From Deltaproteobacteria bacterium (GTDB taxonomy: Bacteria; Myxococcota_A; Polyangia; Nannocystales; Nannocystaceae): a DNA stretch of 44,857 bases. The stretch is taken from assembly GCA_947492135.1 (NCBI GenBank), contig CANLQR010000004.1, forward strand, positions 1 to 44,857, given 5' to 3'. The notes beneath the pieces were generated by a model. The model did not search any database, had not been told where the DNA came from, and saw nothing but the letters and a program-made list of their open reading frames with translations. Made by a program: the position numbers and the translations under genes. How positions within the stretch are numbered: position 1 is the first letter of the stretch; every line of letters begins with the position of its first letter. Positions 18,085 to 30,152 of the stretch are shown here, one piece after another.

Positions 18085-18969
18085 TCAGGCGGTCAGCGCA
18101 CGGCCGAAAACCCCGGCGATGCGGTCGCAGACCGCACGCAGTCCCGAGCGATCACGGGCGCTCGCGTGGGTTACGAGCCACACCGGCCGGCGCGGCAGAT
18201 CGTCGAGCAACAGCACCGGCTCGAGGCCGGACTCGCGCGCGCCCCAAGGCGTCGTGAGTGCGATCAGACCATAGCCGGCGACTGCCGCAGCCACGAGCGC
18301 CGCCATGCTGCTCGAGCGGAACACGACGCGAAGATCGTCGCGCGCCGCCAACCACTTCGCCTCCGGCATCGCGGCCAGCTCACCACTTTGGAGCACGACA
18401 TCGTGCCCACGAAGTCCTTTGACGTTCCGCGGTGTCCCACGGGCGCGCAGATAGCTCGGCGCGGCGAACAGACTCAAGGACATGCGCGCCACGCAACGCA
18501 CGCGCAGATCGGCCCCGCGGATCGTGGACATGCGCACCGCAATGTCGGCCTCACCACGAGCGAGATCCACCGGTCGATTTCCTCCTGCGATCTCGATGAC
18601 TAGCTCCGGATATTGGGCCCGAACCTCCAGCAAGCCCTCCGCCACGAGAAACGCCGCCAGCGCCTCGGTCGTCGCAACCCGCACCGTGCCGCTGACCGCG
18701 CCCTCGTCGGCCCTCGCCGCGTGCGCGAGTGCAATCGCCTGGCGCTCCATCGCTTCGGCGTGGGGTCGTAGTCGCTCGGCGGTCGCGGTTGGCCGCAGGC
18801 CCTCGCGGGTGCGCACGAAGAGGCGCGCGCCGGTGGAGTTCTCGAGCGCCGCCACCCGTCGACCAATCGTCGACCGATCGACCCCGAGCCGCTTGCCGGC
18901 CTCGCCCAGGGTTCGCGAGTTCAGCAGCATCAGCAGTACCCGGACGTCATCCCATTCCATCATGCGCAT
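18085..18969 (-). CDS. LysR family transcriptional regulator
   Basis: N-terminal HTH (MEWDDVRVLLMLLNSRTLGEAGKRLGVDRSTIGRRVAALE) plus a LysR substrate-binding domain. Divergent from an oxidoreductase gene, the classic LysR arrangement. Confidence 0.85.
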   Translation of the reverse strand: MRMMEWDDVRVLLMLLNSRTLGEAGKRLGVDRSTIGRRVAALENSTGARLFVRTREGLRPTATAERLRPHAEAMERQAIALAHAARADEGAVSGTVRVATTEALAAFLVAEGLLEVRAQYPELVIEIAGGNRPVDLARGEADIAVRMSTIRGADLRVRCVARMSLSLFAAPSYLRARGTPRNVKGLRGHDVVLQSGELAAMPEAKWLAARDDLRVVFRSSSMAALVAAAVAGYGLIALTTPWGARESGLEPVLLLDDLPRRPVWLVTHASARDRSGLRAVCDRIAGVFGRALTA

Positions 18970-19016
18970 TATTGCACATCTGGTGGGCACTTTTGCTCAT
19001 TTACGAATCGCCGGGC

Positions 19017-20075
19017 ATGGCCACGCTATCGGCGATGACCACGATGACCAATACCTATCGCGCGGTGCAACTCCGGGGCAAGGGTGGCCTCGACCAGCTC
19101 GTCGAGGTGAAACTGCCCCTGGTCGATCCCGCAGCGGGCGAGATCCGCATCCGAGTGACGGCGACGGGCGTCGGTTTCACCGACATCACCATGCGCACCG
19201 GATACTACCCGTATCGACCCGCGTTCCCGTTTGTCCCCGGCTACGAGGTCGTGGGCGAAGTCGACGCGATCGGAGCCGGCGTCACTGGGGTCGTCCTGGG
19301 TCAGCGCGTGTGTGCGCTGACCGTGCACGGCGGCTATGCCGAGCGGCTTACACGCGAGGCCGAGCACTTCGTGGCGGTGCCTGACGGCGTCGACGATGCA
19401 GACACCGTCGCGCTCGTTCTCAACTACGTCACCGCCTATCAGATGATCCATCGCAGCGCTGCGATGAAGCCAGGACAGACGGCGCTGGTGACCGGGGCCA
19501 ACGGAGGTGTCGGAATGGCGCTGGTCGAGCTGCTAGGGCTTGCCAAGGTGCGGGTGATTGCGGCGTGCAGCGAGCGACACTTCGCACACATGCAAGCCCT
19601 CGGTGCTGTGCCAATCCCCTCTCGTGGTCGCCCGCTCGACGTGCTCGTGCACGAACTCGAGGCCGACGGTGTCGACGCGGCGTTCGACGGCCTCGGTGGG
19701 CCAGCCACGCGCGAATGTGTCCGAGCCACCCGCAAGGGCGGAACCGTCGTCGCCTACGGCTTCATGGCTGCACGCGTCGCCGGGCGACCGAGCACTTGGG
19801 CGACGCTGCGTGGATTTGCCTCGCTGGCGGTCGGAGGCCGGCTTGCGGGTCGCCGGCCGGTGTTCTACGGGATCACGCAGATCTACCGCAAGGACCCCAC
19901 CTCGCTCCGCGAGGACCTGCCGAAGTTGCTCGAGCTGCTACGCACCGGACAAGTCCATCCGAAGATCGCCGCGCGACTGCCATTGCTCGCAGGTGCTCGC
20001 GCTCAGGCCGTCCTCGAGCGGGGGGCAGTGATCGGGAAGATCGTGCTCGTGCGCGACGGCGCGGACGCGTCCTGA
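19017..20075 (+). CDS. Zinc-binding alcohol dehydrogenase / quinone oxidoreductase (MDR superfamily)
   Basis: YRAVQL...GEIRIRVTATGVGFTDI..PFVPGYEVVGEV; Rossmann motif ALVTGANGGVGMALVEL; C-terminal GKIVL. The start is taken at the ATG at 19017; ATGs at 19035 and 19044 are also possible. Confidence 0.85.
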   Translation: MATLSAMTTMTNTYRAVQLRGKGGLDQLVEVKLPLVDPAAGEIRIRVTATGVGFTDITMRTGYYPYRPAFPFVPGYEVVGEVDAIGAGVTGVVLGQRVCALTVHGGYAERLTREAEHFVAVPDGVDDADTVALVLNYVTAYQMIHRSAAMKPGQTALVTGANGGVGMALVELLGLAKVRVIAACSERHFAHMQALGAVPIPSRGRPLDVLVHELEADGVDAAFDGLGGPATRECVRATRKGGTVVAYGFMAARVAGRPSTWATLRGFASLAVGGRLAGRRPVFYGITQIYRKDPTSLREDLPKLLELLRTGQVHPKIAARLPLLAGARAQAVLERGAVIGKIVLVRDGADAS

Positions 20076-20080
20076 TCCAA

Positions 20081-20158
20081 GGGTCCAGCATGGCGCTTGA
20101 CCCTGCGACGGGCATTGGCGCAGCCTGCCACAAGATGCGGTCCGATCGCGACAATGCG
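20081..20158. repeat. Conserved ~78-nt non-coding element, copy B (see 7667-7743)
   Basis: Lies 5 nt after the QOR stop and about 30 nt before the AraC start. It is in the same orientation as copy A, so its orientation relative to the flanking genes is reversed. Confidence 0.55.
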
Positions 20159-20187
20159 ACCCTCGTGGTCATCCTGGCGGTGACGCG

Positions 20188-21219
20188 ATGAGCCCCGATA
20201 CGATCTCGGTCACCAACGTGCGGCCGGCCTTCGAAGCGTCGCTGGCGTTTGGTGCCACGCCCGCAGAAATCGAGGCCCGCACCGGGATGACCCGGACCCT
20301 GCTCGAGTCCGATGGCGCGACCGTGAGCGGCGACGCGACCTACGAGCACATGGAGCTGATGTTCGAAAAGCCAGACTTTGGCCGGTTTCTGGTCGCTGCG
20401 GCGGGGTTGCACACGCTGTCGAGCCTGGGCGTGGTGGGTTTGGCGTGCAAGACCGTCGCGACCGTGGGTGAGGCCCTCGCGTGTCATCAGCGCTTTGGCC
20501 ACCTGACCAACCGCACCGCGAGCTACTCGGCGACCGTCGTCGGCGGGCACCTGGAATTCACCGAGCGCCGCACCGGCCCGCCGCGGCTGGGAAATCTGTT
20601 GGTCTCCGACTACGCGATGCTCATCGCTGCGCACGTGATCCGCCAGAGCGGGCGAGATCGTCCCCACGTGTTGGCGATGTTGAGCCGGCGCAAGCACATC
20701 GCCGACGACGAACGCCGCTGCTACGAAGCGTTCGTCGGCAGCGAACTGCGCACCGGCGCTGCCCATGCGGCGCTGTGGTTCGAGCCGGGGTTGCTCGGGT
20801 GTCCGGTGTCATCGGCCGATCCAGAGCTCGCGCTGTATTTCACGGCGATGCTCGCCAAGGCGGCGGGCTTTGGCGCAAGCGAGGCCACGCTGATGCGACA
20901 GGTCCGCATCGCGATCCGCGACGCGCTCGTCCACGGAACGGCCGATGCAGCCAAGATCGCCAAGTCGCTCGGCTTGGGTCAGCGCACGCTGCAGCGGCGC
21001 CTCGGTGAGCTCGGCACCGGCTTCACAGAGGTTCTGGACTCGACGCGAAGGACCCTCGCCGAAGGCTATCTGCGCGATCCGAAGCTCGGCCTCGCAGAGA
21101 TCGCATACCTGCTGGGATACGACGAACAGACCTCGTTCTTCCGCGCGTTTCGTCGGTGGCACGAGGTGACCCCAGGCGAGTTTCGTCGGCTCCACGGCGG
21201 GGCCGATGCCGACGGGTGA
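20188..21219 (+). CDS. AraC family transcriptional regulator
   Basis: N-terminal AraC-binding-like region. C-terminal HTH_18 (QRTLQRRLGELGTGFTEVLDSTRRTLAEGYL...EIAYLLGYDEQTSFFRAFRRWHEVTPGEFR). Confidence 0.85.
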   Translation: MSPDTISVTNVRPAFEASLAFGATPAEIEARTGMTRTLLESDGATVSGDATYEHMELMFEKPDFGRFLVAAAGLHTLSSLGVVGLACKTVATVGEALACHQRFGHLTNRTASYSATVVGGHLEFTERRTGPPRLGNLLVSDYAMLIAAHVIRQSGRDRPHVLAMLSRRKHIADDERRCYEAFVGSELRTGAAHAALWFEPGLLGCPVSSADPELALYFTAMLAKAAGFGASEATLMRQVRIAIRDALVHGTADAAKIAKSLGLGQRTLQRRLGELGTGFTEVLDSTRRTLAEGYLRDPKLGLAEIAYLLGYDEQTSFFRAFRRWHEVTPGEFRRLHGGADADG

Positions 21220-21221
21220 CG

Positions 21222-21331
21222 GCGCGCCGACCTGCGCGCCGACGTGCGCGCCGACCTGCGCGCCGACCTGCGCGCCGACGTGCGCGCCGACCTGCGCGCC
21301 GACGTGCGCGCCGACCTGCGCGCCGACGCCG
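21222..21331. repeat. 12-bp tandem repeat (gcgcgccgacSt) x about 9
   Basis: Read directly. Eight full units alternate ...acct/...acgt, followed by a partial ninth. It sits in the 200-bp gap between araC and the 2H-phosphoesterase gene. Confidence 0.85.
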
Positions 21332-21417
21332 AGTGATCGCGCTCGAGGTGCGGCGGCACCGCCCGCGGTGGCGCCGCACACCGCCGCGGCCCGCGTCCGT
21401 GCTAGCCTGCTCGCCGC

Positions 21418-21984
21418 GTGGGTTCTTCACTTCGCCTCTCCGACCGCTCGACGCTGTTGCTCCCGGTCGCGCACGACCAGCTCGAGTTTCCCGCCACGAT
21501 GGACCTCGGCGGCGTCACGCTGGTCCGCAAGACTGAACACCACATCACGGTGTTCGGCTTCGACATCGGCAAGGTCCTCGGTGCCGCGATCGCCAAGGCC
21601 CCGGCTTTGCGCGTGGCGATCGATGAGCTTGCGGCGGCGATGGACGCTTCGTGGACCGTGACCTCGCCGCCGGTGATGTGGCGATTGCATCGCGACAAGC
21701 CCAAGGATCTCCAGACCGTGATTCTCATGGTCGATGCGCCGGGGATCGCAGCGTTCTTCGCCGCGTGCGCCCAGCGCCTGCCCGAGCTCGCGCCTGGCAT
21801 CGCGATGCCCGAGTGGGATCCGCCTCCGGCCCACGTCACGCTGTACACCAGCGATCCCAACGGCAAGGACGGCATCGGGGTGCGGCGCGCGAGCGATCTC
21901 GAGCAAGCCGAGCGTCGCACAGCCGCAGCCGAGACCACCGGGCTACGCGCCGCGCGGCTACCCGTTGGAGCAGCCCTGTCGTGA
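21418..21984 (+). CDS. 2H phosphoesterase superfamily protein (LigT/2'-5' RNA ligase-like)
   Basis: Two H-x-T/S-x motifs (HHITVFGFD and PAHVTLYTSD) at about the right spacing for the 2H fold. The N-terminal LLLPVAHDQLEF resembles the LigT start. Alternative-start ORF in the track; the stop overlaps the next gene's GTG (GTGA). Confidence 0.55.
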   Translation: MGSSLRLSDRSTLLLPVAHDQLEFPATMDLGGVTLVRKTEHHITVFGFDIGKVLGAAIAKAPALRVAIDELAAAMDASWTVTSPPVMWRLHRDKPKDLQTVILMVDAPGIAAFFAACAQRLPELAPGIAMPEWDPPPAHVTLYTSDPNGKDGIGVRRASDLEQAERRTAAAETTGLRAARLPVGAALS

Positions 21985-23324
21985 GCGTGCGACCCACCCT
22001 CCGATGGGCCGCACTCGTGGTCGGCTGTGGCGCGTGCGCTGAACTCCGCGAAGACGACGCGAAGACGACGGCTGTCACCCTCGCCGACAGCGAGAGTTCG
22101 CCCGACGAGACCGCCGCCGGCGAGACCCAGCAGGAAAAGTTCGACGCCAACGGTCCGGGTGGTCTGCTGCCGCCACCCGAATGCGCGTCCGTGACACCCG
22201 GAACGGGTGGATCGCTGGGCGATCTCGACTTCAGCTACATCTGGATCTCCAACTCGGGCGAGGGCACCGTGTCGAAGATCGACACCGACACCGGCGTCGA
22301 GGTCGCCCGCTATTTCACCAGCGCGCTCGAGGGCAGCGGAGATCCCTCCCGCACTGCCGTCAATCCCGCCGGCGATGTGGCGGTCAGCAGTCGCGGCGGT
22401 GCGGTCACGAAGATCGCTGCGTTTGTCGATCGCTGTGAAGACTTCGACGACGACGGCAAGATCGATACGTCGTCGGGCCCCGACGACATCCTACCGTGGG
22501 GCACCGACGAGTGCGTCCGGTGGAGCGTCGAGCTGCCCGGTGGTGGTGGCGAACCGAAAAACCACCAGGGTCCGCGACCCACGGGCTGGGACGCCGGCAC
22601 CGCGAGCGAGCCGTGCAGTCGGCTGTGGGTGGGCTGGTACGAGCAAGCCCAAAATCGCGGCAGGTTCCGACGGCTCGATGGTGCCAACGGCGACACCCTC
22701 GACGAGATCACCGTGGACGACTGGGATGTGGTGCAGACCGGCAAGAACTGGGGCCCCTACGGTGGCGCCGTCGACGAATCCGGCAACCTGTGGGCGGTTG
22801 GTTGGGGCGGGCCGCTGCTGCGGATCGATGCCACGACGGGCGAGGTCGATCGCTGGGAAGCGCCCGTGGGCACGCATCCCTACGGCATCGCGCTGGATGC
22901 CAATGGTCACCCATGGACCTCGGGGATGTCGGGTGACGTGCTGCACTTCGATCCCGACACCCAGACCTTCGCGTCGCTGATGCTCGACACCGGTGCGGGC
23001 CCACGGATCTTGCGAGGTCTGGCGATCGATCGCGAAGGCGTGGCGTGGATCGCCGCGAACAGTCCCTGCGGTCTGGTCACCGTCGATACCGCGACGCATA
23101 CGCTGCTCTCGGATGCCGTCGAGCTGCCCGACTGCAGCATGCCGGTGGGCGTTGGGATCGACGTGCAAGGGCGAGTGTGGGTGCCCGACTCGGTCGAGAA
23201 CGTGGCGTATCGCCGAGATCCGGCGACCGGCACGGTGATCCGCACCGAGGGCTTGGTCGCGCCGTACACCTACTCCGACATGACGGGTGCGGGACTCGAG
23301 CTGGTGCTGAATCCGCAGGGCTAG
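21981..23324 (+). CDS. Lipoprotein with beta-propeller-like (NHL/SMP-30-like) repeats
   Basis: GTG at 21981 overlaps the stop of the upstream gene (gtGTGAgc). Signal VSVRPTLRWAALVVGC. Repeated motifs GxxYGxAxDxxGxxW... and HPYGIALDANGHPW fit a propeller. An alternative GTG start lies at 21987. Confidence 0.6.
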   Translation: MSVRPTLRWAALVVGCGACAELREDDAKTTAVTLADSESSPDETAAGETQQEKFDANGPGGLLPPPECASVTPGTGGSLGDLDFSYIWISNSGEGTVSKIDTDTGVEVARYFTSALEGSGDPSRTAVNPAGDVAVSSRGGAVTKIAAFVDRCEDFDDDGKIDTSSGPDDILPWGTDECVRWSVELPGGGGEPKNHQGPRPTGWDAGTASEPCSRLWVGWYEQAQNRGRFRRLDGANGDTLDEITVDDWDVVQTGKNWGPYGGAVDESGNLWAVGWGGPLLRIDATTGEVDRWEAPVGTHPYGIALDANGHPWTSGMSGDVLHFDPDTQTFASLMLDTGAGPRILRGLAIDREGVAWIAANSPCGLVTVDTATHTLLSDAVELPDCSMPVGVGIDVQGRVWVPDSVENVAYRRDPATGTVIRTEGLVAPYTYSDMTGAGLELVLNPQG

Positions 23325-23416
23325 GAGCCTGACCCTGTAAGGGTCTGGCTCCTCCGTGCCCGCGCCCGCGCCCGCGCCCGTGGTCGGTCACGTTCGGCGA
23401 CTGGCGCGGTAGCACG

Positions 23417-24337
23417 GTGGTGATGTCGGCGCATTCCAGGCATGCTCGGAGCGTGAAACGGGGAATCGTCGCATGGTCGACCGCCGTGGCCCTGCTGTGT
23501 ACGCCGTCGGTGCAGGCCGCCGGGCCGGCCGGGGCTGCCGTCGATCCACTCGCCGCCGCCAAGAGCGAGCACGCCCACGGCCAGGCGCTATTCGACACCG
23601 CCGACTATGCCGGCGCGATCACGGCCTGGACCAAGGCCCTCGAGGCGCTCCCGCCCAAAGAACCCAAGAGCGCCACGTACCGCCCGCTGATTCTCTACAA
23701 CGTTGCGGCGGCGCGCGAAAAACTGTTCGAGCTTCGCGGTGATGTGACCGAGTTGCGGCAAGCCAAGATCCTGCTGGAGCGGTTCGATGCCTCGATCGAC
23801 GAGATCTATGGCCACGACCCGGTCACCGCCGAGGCCGAGCGCTCACGCGTCCGTGAGAAGATCGCTGCCCTCGACGCGCGGATCGCCGCCACGCTCACGC
23901 CCGACGAGCCGGCCGTCGTCGAGCCGGTGGCCGAGCCGCAGGGCGAGCCAACCCTCGAGCCGATCCCGACCAAGCCTGTGCCTCGCTCCGATCGCGGTCC
24001 GGCACCGCCCAGTCGCGGCCTGATGATCGGCGGCGGCGTGATGGTCGGGCTCGGTGCGGGCGCGCTCGCGGGGCTGGTCGCGACGCTGGTCATCGGCAAG
24101 CAGGCCAACGACATCAGCGGACTCGAAGACAACGACATGCAGGGGCGCGAAGATCAGTTCGCGCGCGGCGGGCGGGCGAATGCAGCCGCGATCGCCATGG
24201 GCATCGTCGCGCCGCTGCTGTTGGGTGCGGGCGTGGCGTTGCTCGTGGTCGGCAGCAAGCGTCGCAGTGCTCGCGTGAGCGCAGCGCCGAGCCTTGGCCG
24301 CCACGGCGTCGCTTGGGTGCTGATCGGCCGTTTTTGA
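23417..24337 (+). CDS. Secreted/membrane-anchored hypothetical protein (signal peptide, TPR-like helical region, C-terminal TM helices)
   Basis: Signal ...IVAWSTAVALLCTPSVQAAG. A helical N-terminal half. Hydrophobic GLMIGGGVMVGLGAGALAGLVATLVIG and IAMGIVAPLLLGAGVALLVVG segments near the C-terminus. Confidence 0.5.
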   Translation: MVMSAHSRHARSVKRGIVAWSTAVALLCTPSVQAAGPAGAAVDPLAAAKSEHAHGQALFDTADYAGAITAWTKALEALPPKEPKSATYRPLILYNVAAAREKLFELRGDVTELRQAKILLERFDASIDEIYGHDPVTAEAERSRVREKIAALDARIAATLTPDEPAVVEPVAEPQGEPTLEPIPTKPVPRSDRGPAPPSRGLMIGGGVMVGLGAGALAGLVATLVIGKQANDISGLEDNDMQGREDQFARGGRANAAAIAMGIVAPLLLGAGVALLVVGSKRRSARVSAAPSLGRHGVAWVLIGRF

Positions 24338-24349
24338 TCGCGCGACTGC

Positions 24350-25840
24350 TCACGGCTCGAACGGATCGAACGTCCCGTCGGGTCGGAGCTTCGGCGTTGG
24401 TGGCGTCGTTGCGGGAACCGGCGTCGGATCACTGGACCTGCCGTTTTTAGGCGCCTTGGGCCGGCGCGGCTGGACCGCGGCTGGCTCGCGCGGTGGGATC
24501 GCGGCTGGTTCGAGCTCGGAGGCGTCTGGCGGTTGCGGCGACAGGTTCGCAGGGACGACCGGTGCGACCACGGGCGGCACGGAGATCGGCTGCACCTGCT
24601 GGGGCGCCGCCGGCGTCTGCTCCGACGGCCCAGCGAGCACCGGAGCCTCCGGCAGTTCGGACACCGGCTCGTGGATTCTTTCGGGTAGCGGCTTCACGTC
24701 ACCACGCGTCGTCATCCAGATCGCGCCCGCGAGTCCCGCCGCCGCGAGCAGTCCGCCGCCGACCCATGCCAGGCCCGAGCGCGAAGGCGCGAGCCGCTGC
24801 GCGGGCACGTCGGAGAACATGGTCGGCTGCGACAGCGGCGTCATGCTCACAGGCGCGACCGTGAACCCCCGGGTGCCGACCCCGAGCAACTCCGCACGCA
24901 ACGCATGGACGTCCGGGTAACGCTCGTCGCGAACCTTGAGCAAGCAGCGCGCGACGATCGCTTCGAGCTCCGCCGGCAGCTCGGGCACCTGGGTGCGCAG
25001 CAACGGTGCAACCTCGAACAGCTGGGCGTAGAGCAGCTCCACCACGCTGTCGGGCGACCACGGACGTCGCCCCGCGAGCATCTCGAACAGCACGATACCG
25101 AGCGCGTAGATGTCGGCGCGGGCATCGATGCGGTCGCCACGAACCTGCTCCGGGGCCATGTACGCGGGCGTCCCGAACACCTGGCCCGAGCGCGTCGGCA
25201 CCCGCACGCGGTCCACCACATCGTTGGCCTTGGCCAGCCCGAAATCGATGATCTTCGCGCTGGGTCGGCCATGGCTGTCGTGAATCACCAGCACATTGGA
25301 CGACTTGAGGTCGCGATGGATGATCCCGAGCTCATGCGCGCGCCCGAGGCCGTCGCAGAGCTGCACCGCGAGCTCGACCGCCTGTGGCCAGCGCACTCGC
25401 CCTTGCTCGGCGATCCACGCCGACAACGGCTGGCCGCGCACGCGCTCCATCACCACGTACGGGCGGTCGGCCGTCAGGAAACCAAAGTCGAGGACCGACA
25501 CCACGTTCGGATGATCGATCTGGGCGAGCAACTCGGCCTCGCGCCGCAGTCGCTCGCCCGCCTCGGGATCGCCCACAGCGGGGTGGAGGATCTTGACGGC
25601 AACCTTGCGTGGAAGCGCGAGGTCTTCAGCCTCCCAGACCACGCCCATCCCGCCGGCACCGATCTTCGCGCCGAGCTTGTAGCGACCGCCGAGGACCTCT
25701 TGCGTTCGTGAGCCATGAAGCGTCGCCACGAGCTGCGAATCGGGCAGCAAGGTGTCGGCCGCCGACGCCGGCAGCGTTGGGCTGCGCCCTGAGTCCTCGG
25801 AGGCCATGGAGCTTCTCGCGAGTGTACTGCATCGGAACAA
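24350..25840 (-). CDS. Ser/Thr protein kinase (membrane, Pro-rich C-terminal tail)
   Basis: GRYKLGAKIGAGGMGVVWEA...VAVKIL; HRDLKSSNVLV; DFGLAK; GTPAYMAPE. A TM helix after the kinase domain, then a Pro-rich tail. The start may be the internal ATG at 25810 (MASEDS...). Confidence 0.85.
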   Translation of the reverse strand: MFRCSTLARSSMASEDSGRSPTLPASAADTLLPDSQLVATLHGSRTQEVLGGRYKLGAKIGAGGMGVVWEAEDLALPRKVAVKILHPAVGDPEAGERLRREAELLAQIDHPNVVSVLDFGFLTADRPYVVMERVRGQPLSAWIAEQGRVRWPQAVELAVQLCDGLGRAHELGIIHRDLKSSNVLVIHDSHGRPSAKIIDFGLAKANDVVDRVRVPTRSGQVFGTPAYMAPEQVRGDRIDARADIYALGIVLFEMLAGRRPWSPDSVVELLYAQLFEVAPLLRTQVPELPAELEAIVARCLLKVRDERYPDVHALRAELLGVGTRGFTVAPVSMTPLSQPTMFSDVPAQRLAPSRSGLAWVGGGLLAAAGLAGAIWMTTRGDVKPLPERIHEPVSELPEAPVLAGPSEQTPAAPQQVQPISVPPVVAPVVPANLSPQPPDASELEPAAIPPREPAAVQPRRPKAPKNGRSSDPTPVPATTPPTPKLRPDGTFDPFEP

Positions 25841-26010
25841 CCCTGAACGCGAGCGCGCCGCCGCCGAGGTCGCGAGCGGCGGGTTGGCGCAGGGTAGCCG
25901 AAGGGATAGCCAGCCCTACGTGCCCGCGATGCGGCACGACGCGCTCGGCGAGGCGCAGCACCGCGCCCTCGCCCAACCCTGCGGATAGACGCCGCTACCC
26001 GCCACGATCC

Positions 26011-26038
26011 CCCTGCCTTGGCAGGGCGCAGCGCCCTG
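26011..26038. promoter_or_regulatory. Two overlapping perfect inverted repeats (ccctgcc-tt-ggcaggg and cagggcgc-a-gcgccctg) about 55 bp upstream of the antitoxin start
   Basis: Read directly in the divergent region between the STK start (25840) and the antitoxin start (26090). Candidate operator for TA autoregulation. Confidence 0.4.
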
Positions 26039-26089
26039 ATTGCGTCACCTCCCGTCCGCGTCTACAGTTTCGTAGAGGGGCTTGCGACG

Positions 26090-26383
26090 ATGGCCGACAC
26101 GCAGATTTCCGCCTACATCTCCGAGGCGACCAAGCAGCAGGTCGAGCGCTACGCCGAGGCACACGGGGTGAAGAAGGGGCATCTCCTCGAGGAGGCCCTC
26201 CTCCATCACTTGCAGGCGCTGCGCGAGTTGCCCGCGGACATCGTGATTCCTCCGCGGCTCACGGTGACTGGCAGATCGTTCGAGGTGGTTGCCCGGGTCG
26301 TGAAAAAGCCGCGCAAGCCAACCAAGGCCCTCCGCGACCTGATGGCCGGAAAGGCGGTCGACGGCGGGCCCGAGAGCACGTGA
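26090..26383 (+). CDS. RHH-type antitoxin (DUF1778/TacA-like)
   Basis: 97 aa. MADTQISAYISEATKQQVERYAEAHGVKKGHLLEEALLHHLQ is an RHH/DUF1778-like N-terminus. The stop overlaps the GTG of the downstream GNAT gene (caCGTGAcg). Confidence 0.65.
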   Translation: MADTQISAYISEATKQQVERYAEAHGVKKGHLLEEALLHHLQALRELPADIVIPPRLTVTGRSFEVVARVVKKPRKPTKALRDLMAGKAVDGGPEST

Positions 26384-26901
26384 CGCTCACGATCCGCAAG
26401 CTCGGCCCGGATGACGACCGGTCCGCGTTTCGCTCGGGGAACCCGGACCTCGATCGCTTCTTTGCCCGGTACGCCGCGCAAAACCAGTTCCGTCACCACA
26501 TCGGTACGACCTACGTCGCGATCGATGATGCGGGGGCGATCGTCGGCTTCGCGACGGTAGCCGCGGCCGAGATCGAGGCGGAGAAGATGCCGGCAACGAG
26601 GCGCAAGCGCCTGCCCAAGTACCCGCTGCCGGCGCTGCGCCTGGCCAGGTTGGCGGTCGACGAGCGCGCGAAGGGACAGGGCGTCGGCAGCGTGCTGCTC
26701 CGCGCAGTGCTGGTCCTTGCTCGACAGCTCGCCGACGACATCGGCTGCGTGGGAGTCGTGGTGGACGCGAAGCCCGAAGCCGTCGCGTTCTACGAGAAGC
26801 TCGGCTTCCTTCGGCTCGAGGTTGTCGCCGGAGAACTCGGTGATCGCCCGCAGCCGCTGCCGATGTTCCTCGAGCTGGGACAACTTGGACGCGCGAAATA
26901 G
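26380..26901 (+). CDS. GNAT-family acetyltransferase toxin (TacT/AtaT-like)
   Basis: 173 aa. GNAT acetyl-CoA motif (RLARLAVDERAKGQGVGSVLLRAVL...FYEKLGF). The 4-nt start/stop overlap with the antitoxin is the canonical arrangement of DUF1778-GNAT TA modules. Confidence 0.65.
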   Translation: MTLTIRKLGPDDDRSAFRSGNPDLDRFFARYAAQNQFRHHIGTTYVAIDDAGAIVGFATVAAAEIEAEKMPATRRKRLPKYPLPALRLARLAVDERAKGQGVGSVLLRAVLVLARQLADDIGCVGVVVDAKPEAVAFYEKLGFLRLEVVAGELGDRPQPLPMFLELGQLGRAK

Positions 26902-26929
26902 CCGCCGCTTGGCGCCACCCCCACCACTC

Positions 26930-30040
<3,111 letters not shown>

Positions 30041-30152
30041 GGGGAAAGCTACCGCTCATCGACCACCAGCGCGAGGCCATCGGGCTGAGCGACGGCCACG
30101 CCGAGGGCGGCTTGCCTTGCGCGCGGCTGCCATGTAGTACCCACGGCATCGC

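Noticed and set aside
25609-26380. Long N-terminal extension of the GNAT toxin ORF (track ORF 25609-26901)
   Set aside because: The upstream 257 codons are Arg/Pro-rich, overlap the kinase promoter region and the antitoxin gene in another frame. The GTG at 26380, overlapping the antitoxin stop, gives a canonical GNAT of 173 aa.
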